Positions 53,707-64,000 of a stretch of 64,000 bases of DNA are shown piece by piece. The DNA comes from Myxococcota bacterium (lineage in GTDB: Bacteria > Myxococcota_A > UBA796 > UBA2385). Position numbers and translations under genes: made by a program. The notes beneath the pieces were generated by a model that searched no databases, was not told where the DNA came from, and worked only from the letters and a program-made list of their open reading frames with translations. The stretch is from assembly GCA_044344255.1 (NCBI GenBank), contig JBIJDH010000001.1, forward strand, positions 384,001-448,000, in the 5' to 3' direction. Each line of letters starts with the position of its first letter. Position 1 is the first letter of the stretch.

Positions 53707-55425
53707 TCACTCCAGGGGAGGGTCGGGTACCCGCTCGTCAGCCGACGGCAGGGGGGGTTGGGCCGCCGACGGTGGGTTCGAAGCGGGCAGTATAGCGGGC
53801 GCCGAGGGCGCTGGGATGCGCCAGCCGATCCAGCGCCGCGGCACGTTGCCCTCGGGGACGCCGAGCCGGTCCAAGAAGAGGCGCGTGACCTCCCTCCGCG
53901 AGGCCTCCTCCACCTCGGCCGGGTGGAGCACGATGAACCGGAAGCCGTCCGCGTAGAGCCGCGCCAGGTCGGGGGCGAAGGTGGCTGGCGCGAGCGAGAG
54001 ATCGGCGCCGTCCCGCAGCGTCCAAGACCAGCGGATGAGGGCGAGCTCTCCGTAGAGGCCGCTCATCGGCTCGGTCGTGAGGTGCGCCAGGGTCATGTGG
54101 TAGGGGATCGGGCGGCCGTGTACGAGCTGATCGGCCGTGTAGCTCATCGCCGAGACCCCCGCGGGGACCGGCGGGAGGTCGAGGACGGCGCCGGCGCCGG
54201 GCTCCTGCCCCAGCGCGACCAGGGGAGCGGAGCCGCGCACCATCCAGCCGGGCTCAAGCCAGAGCTGGCCCCGCCAGACGTGGAGGCCAGCCCCGCCGAG
54301 GAGGGCGGCGACGAGGGCACCGACGAGGGCCCGTCGCGCGCCGACCCCGAGCTGCGGCCGGTCGCGGAGCGCGGCGGCCAGCCGATCGACGAGGAGCGCC
54401 GCCGCCACCACGGCGGCGAGGTCCCACCCATAGAGCAGGCGGGCGGGCGTGTGGAACCAGCCGAGCACCGGCAGGGCCTGAAACACCGACCAGAGGCCGG
54501 GGATCTGCCCACCGAGGTCGTCCTCCTCCCACAGGGCCGGGCGCGGCCCGAGCGAGAGCAGCAGCGTGAAGATCAGCAGCCCTCCGATCCCCACCCAGAG
54601 CCGCCGATCTCGCCGCGGGGCGGTCCAGGGCACCAAGAACAGTGAACAGAACACCAACAGAGAGGGCCTCACCGGCTCGACGGTGAACCAGCGCAGCAGC
54701 GGCATCGACTCCCGCACCGCCCAGCCCACGAGCGTCTGCCCCTCGTGTAGATCCCGCACCGCGGCGGTTCGGCGCACGAACAGCCAGGCCCAGGGCCCCG
54801 CCGTCAGCAGGGTGGTGAGGGCGGCCAGGCCGAGGCGCCGCAGGGCCCCGGGGGCCACCCCGACCGAGGGCAGGCCGGAGCGCAAGCCCGAGAGCAAGAA
54901 GGGGCAGAGCCACAGCATGCCGAGGGCCAGCGTAAAGCCATGCTCCCAGGAGACAAACACGACGAGCGTGCCCGCGAGGCCCGTCGCCACCGACAGCCCG
55001 GGGCCACCGCCCCGCCGGAGCCTCAACACGAGGGCCAGCGCGAGGGCCACGAAGCCGAGGCCCACCTGCTCCACCCGGCCGCCGGTGGCGTGCCAGAGCG
55101 GGAAGCCGTCAAGCTGGAGCAGCAGGCCCGCCAGCAGGGCCGCCCCCTCGCTCGCGCCGAGCGCCCGCGCCAGCGCCCAACCACCGAGGCCTGCGACGCC
55201 GAAGTAGCCGACCAGCACGAGGTTGTAGGCGAAGGCGGGGCTCAGTTCGAAGAGGCGCACGAGGCCCGAGCCCACGAAGATGTCGAGCCAGCCGCCGAGG
55301 ATGGGCAGCAGATCGACCCCGACGGGGTAGGCCGCCATGTCGGTCCGCGTGGGATCGAGCTGCCGAGCGGCGACAGCGAGGGTCCAGACGTGGCCCACGA
55401 GGTCGAGGGAGCGGTAGCCGAGCAC
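53707..55425 (-). CDS. Polytopic membrane protein, possible GT-C/YfhO-like glycosyltransferase
   Basis: Many TM segments; DLVGHVW, AYPVG, AYNL, LSLGP, TPAR, VLDLP, QLVHGRPI. Frame stays open upstream with another hydrophobic stretch (CTG 55500/55536). Confidence 0.65.
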   Translation of the reverse strand: MLGYRSLDLVGHVWTLAVAARQLDPTRTDMAAYPVGVDLLPILGGWLDIFVGSGLVRLFELSPAFAYNLVLVGYFGVAGLGGWALARALGASEGAALLAGLLLQLDGFPLWHATGGRVEQVGLGFVALALALVLRLRRGGGPGLSVATGLAGTLVVFVSWEHGFTLALGMLWLCPFLLSGLRSGLPSVGVAPGALRRLGLAALTTLLTAGPWAWLFVRRTAAVRDLHEGQTLVGWAVRESMPLLRWFTVEPVRPSLLVFCSLFLVPWTAPRRDRRLWVGIGGLLIFTLLLSLGPRPALWEEDDLGGQIPGLWSVFQALPVLGWFHTPARLLYGWDLAAVVAAALLVDRLAAALRDRPQLGVGARRALVGALVAALLGGAGLHVWRGQLWLEPGWMVRGSAPLVALGQEPGAGAVLDLPPVPAGVSAMSYTADQLVHGRPIPYHMTLAHLTTEPMSGLYGELALIRWSWTLRDGADLSLAPATFAPDLARLYADGFRFIVLHPAEVEEASRREVTRLFLDRLGVPEGNVPRRWIGWRIPAPSAPAILPASNPPSAAQPPLPSADERVPDPPLE

Positions 55426-55567
55426 GGCCCGCCCCGCCTGCGATACCCACCACAGCGGTAAGAGCGAATAGACGAAGGCCGCGAGGGCGAGGCGCCGCAG
55501 CGCGCCCCGACCGCCCGTCGCCCCGCCCTCGGGCAGGCCCTGGGCCGCTCTCCCCGGCCCCGCTGGC

Positions 55568-56965
<1,398 letters not shown>

Positions 56966-56991
56966 TCATGTGCCCTCGTGTCGGAGTACCC

Positions 56992-59298
56992 ATGTCGAGC
57001 CGCCCGTTGGTTCCCCCCTCTGCGGTCCCCCCGTGTGCGCTGAGCCCCGCCGCGAGCGCCCTCCGCCTGCTGGTCTCCGCCACGCTGCTCGGCGGCCTCT
57101 TGGGCGCGTCGGCGACGGCCTTCGCCCGAGAGCTCCCCTTCGCAGACAAGCTCGGCAGCGTCGGCACGATCGACATCAAGGACAAGGTGGAGGTGCCCCT
57201 CGTGCTCGACGGGGGCGGCCACCCGATCTCCGCGGTCGAGGTGGTGATCAACGGCAAGGCCGACAAGCCGACCGCCTTCTTCAACCTCGCCTCGTCACTG
57301 TCCATCATCACCGTCTCTGAAGACTTCGCCGAGACACACGGGCTCGAGGTCCAGACGGCCAACAAGAAGCTGATCGCGCCCCAGAGCTGGAAGCACAAGC
57401 GCCGGCTCTACGCGGAGGAGCTCGAGGGCACCCACTTCCGGGGCGGCTACAAGGTTCAGTACGTCGAGATCGAGAGCCTCACGATCGGCGGCCTCGTGTT
57501 GAAGGACGTCGTGGCTTTCGTGAACAACGACACCATCGACCTCTCCGAGCATGGTGACCTCACGATCGGCATGGGCGCCCTGCCCGGTGTCGCCTACGCC
57601 GTGCTCCCCTCTGAAGGGAAGGTCCAGTTCGCCCCCGCCGCGCAGGGCGCCGCGATGGTCGAGGCCCTCGGCGGCGGCAAGATCAAGTTCGCCGAGCGCG
57701 GCTGGGAGCTCGCCGAGTGGGGCCTCACGGGGCGACGGCTGCCCCTCCACGATCAGAAGCAGAAGGTCGTGCTCGGCGCTCGGACCCTGCTCATCCCCGT
57801 GGAGGTGGGCGGCCAGAAGCTCGTCGCCGCCTGGGAGACCGGCGCAGAGGGCGCCATGGTGACCCCGAACGAGCGCCTCGAGGGGACGGCTCGCCTCGAG
57901 AAGGGCGACCAGCGGAGCGTCTGGACGTCGGTGGCCCTCGAGGGGGTCCCCCAGACCCACGCCTGGATCCAGCCCGACGGCGCCTTCAACGTCCTCCCCG
58001 AAGCCGGCCTCAAGGGCACCCTCGGGGCCCCCTTCACGAGCGGCTACGACCTCGCGGTCGATCCCGTCGGCCACACCCTGGCCCTCCGCCCGGCCACCGC
58101 GCAGAAGCGCGTCGACCGGCGCCCCGAGACCCTCGCCGCCAAGCTCACGCAGGCCGCGGCGGCCGACAAGGAGGCCGCCGAGAAGGCCGCCAAGGACGGC
58201 AAGCCCGCCAAGCCTGCGGGCAAGGCCTGGGGCAAGGTCGCCGCCGCCCACGCCAACGTGGGCGACCAGAAGAGCGCCGCCGAGGCTCAGCAGAAGGTGA
58301 TCGCCGCCGACGACTCGAGCTGCGCCGCCTGGCAGAAGCTCGGCGGGTATCAGCAGGCCGCCGGTGACCTCGACGGCGCCCTCGCCTCGGTGACCAAGGC
58401 CGCCGAGCTGTACCACGCCTGGTGGGACCGCCCCTTCGAGGAGCGTCAGCGCCTGTCCAAGGCCCTCGGCAAGGCGGGGCCCGACCAGGACGTCCAGGAC
58501 GACAAGGGCGCGGTGGTGAAGTCCCAGCCCGCCTCTTGCCACACCGCGGATGGCGACCTCGCCGCGCTCCTCTCGGTGAAGGGCGACCTCGCCGCGGTCC
58601 AGAAGCTCTACACCGAGCGCCTCGACCTCGACCCCGGCCTCGCCGTCGCGGCGGGCTCGGCCCAGCTCGCCGCCGGCAAGACGGAGGCGGCGGTGGAGTC
58701 CTACCGTCAGGCGATGCGCCTCGAAGGGAAGCCCCGCGCGGGCGCCCGCCTCGGCCTCGGCCTCATCTACGCCGGTCGGGGCGACCTCGACACCGCCGCG
58801 CCCCTCTTCGCCAAGGCCCTCGAGGCCAACCCGAAGGACGCCCGCGCCCTCGACCTCTGGCTCGACAGCGTGAACCAGACGAAGGGCGCCGAGGCCGCCC
58901 GGGCCGCCGCCTCCGACTTCGCGCGCAGCCACCCCGACTACGCCACCGCCATCTACGGCCTCGCCCGCGAGGCCAAGCGCGCTGGGGACACCGACGCGCT
59001 GGGCAAGGTGCAGTCGAAGGGCGACACCTTCTTCAAGGCGGAGCTCGCCCTCACCCCCGCCGACACCGGGCTGCTGGCCGTCTACGCCCGCTACCTCGTG
59101 CTCACCGGCCGCCTCGACGAGGCCGACAAGGCCGTGGCGGCCGCCCTCCAGAGCGACTCCGGCTCCGCCGCCGCCTGGCTGGCCAAGGCCGAGCTCCTCC
59201 AGGCCCGCGGCGCCACCGAGGGCGTGCAGCAGGCCCTCGCCCGCGCCGCCCTCTCCTCGCCGACGCACCCCGGCTACGCGACGCTGAACAAGCGCTGA
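56992..59298 (+). CDS. Exported protein with two degenerate retropepsin-like domains and TPR repeats
   Basis: Signal peptide ending AFA; VVING...FFNLASS and VEVGG...AWETGAE at the DTGA position; GTLGAPF...LAVD; TPR C-half. Confidence 0.72.
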   Translation: MSSRPLVPPSAVPPCALSPAASALRLLVSATLLGGLLGASATAFARELPFADKLGSVGTIDIKDKVEVPLVLDGGGHPISAVEVVINGKADKPTAFFNLASSLSIITVSEDFAETHGLEVQTANKKLIAPQSWKHKRRLYAEELEGTHFRGGYKVQYVEIESLTIGGLVLKDVVAFVNNDTIDLSEHGDLTIGMGALPGVAYAVLPSEGKVQFAPAAQGAAMVEALGGGKIKFAERGWELAEWGLTGRRLPLHDQKQKVVLGARTLLIPVEVGGQKLVAAWETGAEGAMVTPNERLEGTARLEKGDQRSVWTSVALEGVPQTHAWIQPDGAFNVLPEAGLKGTLGAPFTSGYDLAVDPVGHTLALRPATAQKRVDRRPETLAAKLTQAAAADKEAAEKAAKDGKPAKPAGKAWGKVAAAHANVGDQKSAAEAQQKVIAADDSSCAAWQKLGGYQQAAGDLDGALASVTKAAELYHAWWDRPFEERQRLSKALGKAGPDQDVQDDKGAVVKSQPASCHTADGDLAALLSVKGDLAAVQKLYTERLDLDPGLAVAAGSAQLAAGKTEAAVESYRQAMRLEGKPRAGARLGLGLIYAGRGDLDTAAPLFAKALEANPKDARALDLWLDSVNQTKGAEAARAAASDFARSHPDYATAIYGLAREAKRAGDTDALGKVQSKGDTFFKAELALTPADTGLLAVYARYLVLTGRLDEADKAVAAALQSDSGSAAAWLAKAELLQARGATEGVQQALARAALSSPTHPGYATLNKR

Positions 59299-59342
59299 TC
59301 CCGTGCTGAACAAGCGCTGATCCCGTGCTGAACAAGCGCTGA
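59283..59342 (+). repeat. 22-bp tandem repeat GCTGAACAAGCGCTGATCCCGT, 2.7 copies, spanning a stop codon
   Basis: Exact copies at 59283, 59305, 59327 (partial). Confidence 0.95.
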
Positions 59343-59543
59343 GGTCGTGGAGAGCTCGCGGAGAGCTCGCCCTCCGTCCTGGCCCGCGAGGCGCACCGGC
59401 GCCCGTGGGGGTTGGCGCGCCCGGGGCCGCGTCCGGGGCCGCGCCCGCGCGAGCGCGTCGGACACTCCCGGGTGGTTCCACGGTCGAGAATTCCGGCCCA
59501 CCCTACATCATCGACGCCGTGGCAACTTTCGAGGCCTCTTGCC

Positions 59544-59572
59544 TTGTCAATAGGGCAGCGGTTGGGTACGAT
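59544..59572 (+). promoter_or_regulatory. Sigma70-type promoter upstream of ftsQ
   Basis: TTGTCA-17 nt-TACGAT. Confidence 0.7.
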
Positions 59573-59709
59573 CGAGCCTCCTCTCCCCACATCCTTCGGC
59601 TTGGCGCCCGCTCACCGCTCCCCAGAGCACGCCACCCTGCCGAACCCGCCTCCCGCTCCCCGCCCGCTCGGGCAACCCTCCCCCCTCCCCTCCCCGCGCT
59701 GCCCCCTCC

Positions 59710-60675
59710 ATGCTGACTCCGCTCCGTTCATCGGACGACCGTCCGGTCGACCTCTGGGATCGTGCGCGCACTGTGCTCGCCGCGGGTCTCGGCGGTGGGC
59801 TCGTGACGACGGCGCTCGGGCTCGGGGTGGTGCACGTGCTGGAGAACGAGTCCTGGGAGGTCCATCGCATCACGATCTCCGGCAACCAGCACGCCAGCGA
59901 CATCGAGCTCCGCCACCTCGCAGACGTCCACGCCGGCGCGCATCTGTTCTCGGTCGACCTCACGCACGCCGTGGCGAACATGGAGCGTCACCCCTGGGTG
60001 AGGTCGGCCGAGGCCCGCCGCGGCTTCCCCGGCTCCGTCGAGCTCATCGTCGAGGAGTACCACCCCGAGCTGCTGCTCGCCCTCAACGGCCTCTGGTACG
60101 TGGACAGTGAGGGCCGCCCCTTCAAGCGCGCCCTCTCGGACGACCTCGACTACCCCGTGCTCACCGGGATTGACCCCGACCTCGCGCAGGCCCGCCCCGA
60201 GCTCGCCGCCGCCATCGTCGCCGGGGCCCTCCGCGTCCTCGCCGCCACCTCCGACCACCCGAGCATGGGCCGGGCCCGGACGAGCGAGGTCCACTTTGAC
60301 CCCCGCATCGGCTTCATCCTGGTGCTCCGGAACGGCACCGAGCTCGTGCTCGGCTTCTCCGCCCCCGCCGAGCCCTTGGCGCGCCTCGACCGCCTCGTCA
60401 CCGCCGGCCTGAACCTCGACAAGCCCCAGCGCATCGACCTCGACGGCGAGAACGTGGCCATCGCCAGCCCCCTCCGCGACTTCCGGGCGCCGCCGCCGCC
60501 CCCGCCCGAGCCTGCCGAGCTCGCCGCTGGCGATCTGTCTGGCGCCCTCGTGCTCGACCCCGCGAACCCGACCAACCCCGCCGTGCCCCCCGTCATCGCC
60601 ACCCCGCGGTCGGTGAAGGGAGCGCCCGTGGCCGTGCAGGTCGTGGCCCCCGCGCGCAGCCCCCTCCTCCAGTGA
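59710..60675 (+). CDS. ftsQ: Cell division protein FtsQ/DivIB
   Basis: Single TM; POTRA ITISGNQH...LFSVDL...HPWVRSAEARRGFPG...VEEYHP; VDSEG, PVLTG, RIDL. Confidence 0.88.
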   Translation: MLTPLRSSDDRPVDLWDRARTVLAAGLGGGLVTTALGLGVVHVLENESWEVHRITISGNQHASDIELRHLADVHAGAHLFSVDLTHAVANMERHPWVRSAEARRGFPGSVELIVEEYHPELLLALNGLWYVDSEGRPFKRALSDDLDYPVLTGIDPDLAQARPELAAAIVAGALRVLAATSDHPSMGRARTSEVHFDPRIGFILVLRNGTELVLGFSAPAEPLARLDRLVTAGLNLDKPQRIDLDGENVAIASPLRDFRAPPPPPPEPAELAAGDLSGALVLDPANPTNPAVPPVIATPRSVKGAPVAVQVVAPARSPLLQ

Positions 60676-60771
60676 CGCCCCCCGCGGCGCCTCGCGCGCC
60701 GGCCCTGGCTCCCCTCGATTCTTTTGGTTCTTCACAGACTCTCTTCCGTACATTCCCTTCAGGAGCAGCAG

Positions 60772-61917
60772 ATGAGCAGCAAGATGCATCTCGACTTTGT
60801 GCATGAGGACGTGCACAGGGCGCAGATCCGCGTCATCGGCGTGGGCGGCGGCGGCGGCAACGCCGTCAACAACATGATCCAGGGCGGCATGACCGGGGTC
60901 GAGTTCATCACGGTGAACACCGACGCCCAAGACCTCGACCGCTCGCTCGCCCCTCGCCGCTTCCAGCTCGGCTCGATGCTCACCAAGGGCCTCGGCGCGG
61001 GCGCGAACCCGGAGATCGGCCGCGAGGCTGCCCTCGAGGACCGTGACCGCCTCGCCGAGCTCGTCGCCGGCGCCGACATGGTCTTCATCACCGCCGGCAT
61101 GGGCGGCGGCACCGGCACCGGCGCCGCCCCCGTCATCGCCCAGGTCGCCAAGGAGCTCGGCGCCCTCACCGTCGCCGTGGTCACCCGCCCCTTCGGCTTC
61201 GAGGGTCGCCGCCGCCGCAAGCAGGCCGAGGAGGGCATCGAGAACCTCCGCCAGACGGTCGACACGCTGATCACCATCCCGAATCAGCGCCTCATCAGCA
61301 TGGCCACCGAGCGCACCACCATGAAGGAGGCCTTCCAGATGGCCGACCAGGTGCTCTTCCAGGCGTGTAAGGGCGTGAGCGACCTCATCAACTTCCAGGG
61401 CATCGTCAACGTCGACTTCGCCGACGTCCGCACCATCATGTCCAACAAGGGCCTCGCGCTCATGGGCGTGGGCATGGGCCAGGGGCAGCACAAGACGGTG
61501 GAGGCGGCTCAGAAGGCCATCTCCTCGCCGCTGCTCGACGACGTCAGCATCGCCGGCGCCACCAGCGTCCTCATCAACATCACGGGCAACTCCGAGCTCA
61601 CGATGTTCGAGGTCCACGAGGCCAGCACGATGATCCAGGAAGAGGCTCACGAAGACGCCAACGTCATCTGGGGCTGGGTCATCGACGAGACCATGAAGGA
61701 CGAGGCCCGCGTCACGGTCATCGCCACCGGCTTCGAAGAGGCCTGGCTCGCCGCCACCCCCGACGTCGAGGTGCGGGTCCAGAAGGCGATGCGCGTCGGC
61801 GAGCGGCGCCCGAACGGCCCCTACCGCCCCTCCGAGGGTCGCTCCGGCGGCTCGATGGTCTCGGGCCTCAACCCCGATGACTACGACATCCCGACCTTCT
61901 TCAAGAACGCCGACTGA
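60772..61917 (+). CDS. ftsZ: Cell division protein FtsZ
   Basis: [40 protein letters not shown]-terminal DIPTFF. Confidence 0.99.
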   Translation: MSSKMHLDFVHEDVHRAQIRVIGVGGGGGNAVNNMIQGGMTGVEFITVNTDAQDLDRSLAPRRFQLGSMLTKGLGAGANPEIGREAALEDRDRLAELVAGADMVFITAGMGGGTGTGAAPVIAQVAKELGALTVAVVTRPFGFEGRRRRKQAEEGIENLRQTVDTLITIPNQRLISMATERTTMKEAFQMADQVLFQACKGVSDLINFQGIVNVDFADVRTIMSNKGLALMGVGMGQGQHKTVEAAQKAISSPLLDDVSIAGATSVLINITGNSELTMFEVHEASTMIQEEAHEDANVIWGWVIDETMKDEARVTVIATGFEEAWLAATPDVEVRVQKAMRVGERRPNGPYRPSEGRSGGSMVSGLNPDDYDIPTFFKNAD

Positions 61918-61947
61918 GCTCCCCAGACGCCGACCGAGCGGTCGGCC
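61907..61947 (+). repeat. Near-duplication of the ftsZ stop region; second copy forms a hairpin
   Basis: ACGCCGACTGAGC (61907) vs ACGCCGACCGAGC (61927); GCCGACC GAGC GGTCGGC stem-loop. Confidence 0.6.
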
Positions 61948-62026
61948 ACGGGAGGCAACACGCGGGGCGGAGGGGCACACCCTCCGCCCTTCGTCGTGGG
62001 GGCTCCCTCCAACCCCCGCGCGCCCC

Positions 62027-62077
62027 GCCTCGTCAGCGCGGCAGCATCGTCAGCGCGACAGCCTCGTCAGCGCGGCA
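62027..62077 (-). repeat. 17-bp tandem repeat x3 spanning the dienelactone hydrolase stop
   Basis: gcctcgtcagcgcggca gcatcgtcagcgcgaca gcctcgtcagcgcggca. Confidence 0.9.
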
Positions 62078-62810
62078 GGGTCTCACCGAAGAGCGCGAGC
62101 AGGCGCTCCCAGTGGCGCTCGGCGGCGGCCGGATCGTAGACCGCCGAGTCCGGCACCGCGAAGCCGTGGAGGGCCCCCGGGTAGCGCTCGATCTCCGCCC
62201 TCACGCTCGCCCCGCGCAGCGCCGCGTCGAGCTGCTCGACGTCGGCCTCGGTGCAGCTCGCGTCCCGATCGGCGACGGCGAAGTAGCAGCGAGCCCGGAT
62301 GGCCGGGGCGCCGAGGTGGGGGCTCGAGGGGTCGGGCCGCACGAGCCCGCCGCCGTGGATCGAGGCCATGGCCGCCGCCCGCTCCCCCAGCCGCGCCGCC
62401 AGGAAGAGGGCCTGCCGCCCGCCCATGCAGTAGCCCACGATCCCCACCGGGCCGGCGCGGAGCCGCGTGTCACCGGCGAGGGCGTCGAGCAGGGACACGA
62501 CGTCATCCCCCACCGAGGGCGGCTGCACCGCGTTCATCAGCGCGAAGATCCGCGCCCGCTCGGGCGCGTCGCTGAAGGTGGTGGCCGCGTCGAAGGGGGC
62601 GAAGGGCCCCGAGCGCCAGTACAGGTTCGGCTGCACCACCGCGTAGCCGGCCGCCACGAGCCGCTCCGCCATCCCGTCGAGCGCGGGGCGGAGGCCGAAG
62701 GCGTCCATCAGGGAGACGACCACCGGCCAGGGGCCAGCGCCCTCGGGGAGAAAACGACGGGCCTCTGCCAGGCCGTCAGCGGTCGGGTAACGAATGAGCG
62801 AAGCGGGCAT
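62067..62810 (-). CDS. Dienelactone hydrolase family protein
   Basis: MDAFGLRP, PNLYWR, GYCMGG nucleophile, YPGALHGF; GGAGG upstream. Confidence 0.93.
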   Translation of the reverse strand: MPASLIRYPTADGLAEARRFLPEGAGPWPVVVSLMDAFGLRPALDGMAERLVAAGYAVVQPNLYWRSGPFAPFDAATTFSDAPERARIFALMNAVQPPSVGDDVVSLLDALAGDTRLRAGPVGIVGYCMGGRQALFLAARLGERAAAMASIHGGGLVRPDPSSPHLGAPAIRARCYFAVADRDASCTEADVEQLDAALRGASVRAEIERYPGALHGFAVPDSAVYDPAAAERHWERLLALFGETLPR

Positions 62811-62873
62811 GAGACCTCCAGGCGCGCCAGGATAGCCCGGCCCGACGCCGCCGCGCCCGCCCCACGGCGGCGT

Positions 62874-63089
62874 TCAGAGCACGTTCAGCTCGGCGAAGGC
62901 GGTGAAGCGCCCCTCCCCGCGCACCGGCTCCATCGGCCGGGTGGCGTCCTCCACCACCACCGGCCGGGCCGGCCCGGCCAGGCCCCGCAGCTCGCCGGGG
63001 GTGAGGAAGGCCGATGCGCCCTGCGCCTCAATCCGACGGAGGGCCTCACCGAAGGCTTTGCGCAGGTCGGGGGCGGGCAGGCGGGGCAT
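62874..63089 (-). CDS. Small hypothetical protein (71 aa)
   Basis: GC3-rich codons, fits the gap; no motif. Confidence 0.45.
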   Translation of the reverse strand: MPRLPAPDLRKAFGEALRRIEAQGASAFLTPGELRGLAGPARPVVVEDATRPMEPVRGEGRFTAFAELNVL

Positions 63090-63312
63090 GGGTTTCCCAG
63101 GGGTCCGGAGGGAGGGGCGAGGGCTCGTCAGCGTCCCCTCTCATAGACCTGCGGCGGGCCTCGTGCCCGCCGGCGGCGCTTTCAGCGGCTTTCAGTAGTC
63201 TTCAGGCGCCCTCGATGCGCGACTTCGGGGACACACGGGGGGACATCGGGGCTCGGAGCCGTGATGGGGCCGCTGGCTTACCAAGCGCCGCTCGACGTGA
63301 TCAAGAAGGAGC

Positions 63313-64000
63313 ATGAACGACGCCCGACTGTTGAAGCTGCTCCAGGCGCTGCTCTCCACCCCCGAGCCCATTGCCGGTACACCTCCCCGTGCAGGTCCCT
63401 CCGCGCGAACGATCGCGAGAGAGGCGCTCACGGCGGCCATGCTCGAGGACGGACAAGAATTAGTGGTCCGGGAGCACCTCCCCCCACAAGAGGAGCCGGA
63501 GGTGGCGAGGGACGCGACGCTCGCGATCCTTCGTACAATCGACGCAGGAGCTCTACAATCCCCTGCGGCCATCGGCGGGGTCCTCCGCAAGGCGATCAGA
63601 CGCGGAGCGATCAACGCCCGACGCGACCGGGGCTGGCTCTTCTGGGAGCAGACAGTCGGGACACACCTCGGCGGAGAGGCGCGCGACCCTCTCGACGACA
63701 TCGCCACGCAGGAGCCCGCGACAGACCGCGCCGCACACCTCCCTGACCTGGGGGCGGTCATTCTGTGCTACCCCACGATGCCCGAGAATTACCGCCGCGC
63801 GCTCCGACGCTGGTACGCCGAGCAGGAAGCGGACGAGCGCTTACCCTCGATCGAGGAGGAGGTCCTCACCGAGGTGGTCCGGGAACGAAGGCCCCTCGAG
63901 ATCGCCCGCACCCCCGCCGCGGTGATCGAAGGGGAGGTGGCCCGTCGGGTGGCCCCGCCGCCTCGCTGGCTGCCCCTTCGACCACCTGCGCTTTACCGTC
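63313..64000 (+). CDS. Divergent ECF sigma-factor-like protein, truncated by window end
   Basis: Not in the ORF track. AAGGAG RBS; manual translation gives EEPEVARDATLAILR...GVLRKAIRRGAINARR (region-2-like) and MPENYRRAL (start of region-4-like); no stop to 64000. Confidence 0.5.
   Translation, partial: MNDARLLKLLQALLSTPEPIAGTPPRAGPSARTIAREALTAAMLEDGQELVVREHLPPQEEPEVARDATLAILRTIDAGALQSPAAIGGVLRKAIRRGAINARRDRGWLFWEQTVGTHLGGEARDPLDDIATQEPATDRAAHLPDLGAVILCYPTMPENYRRALRRWYAEQEADERLPSIEEEVLTEVVRERRPLEIARTPAAVIEGEVARRVAPPPRWLPLRPPALYR

Noticed and set aside
59283..59342. Possible mini-CRISPR array
   Set aside because: Repeats are head-to-tail with no spacers and no cas genes are present.

Overview
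High-GC bacterial chromosomal segment, most likely Myxococcota (inferred from a MYXO-CTERM-like tail, Cys/Asp-rich MopE-type repeats and large Hanks kinase-NTPase-TPR proteins). About 47 CDS: a Wzc/Wza exopolysaccharide module with two O-antigen-ligase/Wzy-like genes, an FG-GAP lipoprotein coupled to a Zn-dependent phospholipase, hbd-crt-acyl-CoA dehydrogenase-B12 subunit, a scrambled MacAB-TolC system, an RRM protein, a calpain, then a ~35 kb minus-strand run (two kinases, cyaY, aminotransferase, GH1, MerR-iscSUA-hscBA, comEC, CapA, DUF3160, oxoprolinase, eno), a TPR pseudo-aspartyl protease, stand-alone ftsQ-ftsZ, a dienelactone hydrolase and a divergent ECF-sigma-like ORF cut by the window end. 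No rRNA, tRNA, CRISPR or transposase was recognised. Best candidates for novel biology: (1) a two-gene surface system that looks like a split bacterial version of eukaryotic GPI-specific phospholipase D; (2) an isc operon headed by a Cys-rich MerR regulator rather than IscR; (3) a calpain with a phage-structural-like domain inserted in its catalytic core; (4) short duplications spanning stop codons at five gene ends; (5) ftsQ-ftsZ with no ftsA. All family assignments are by eye from motifs; no searches were run, and several start codons are uncertain.
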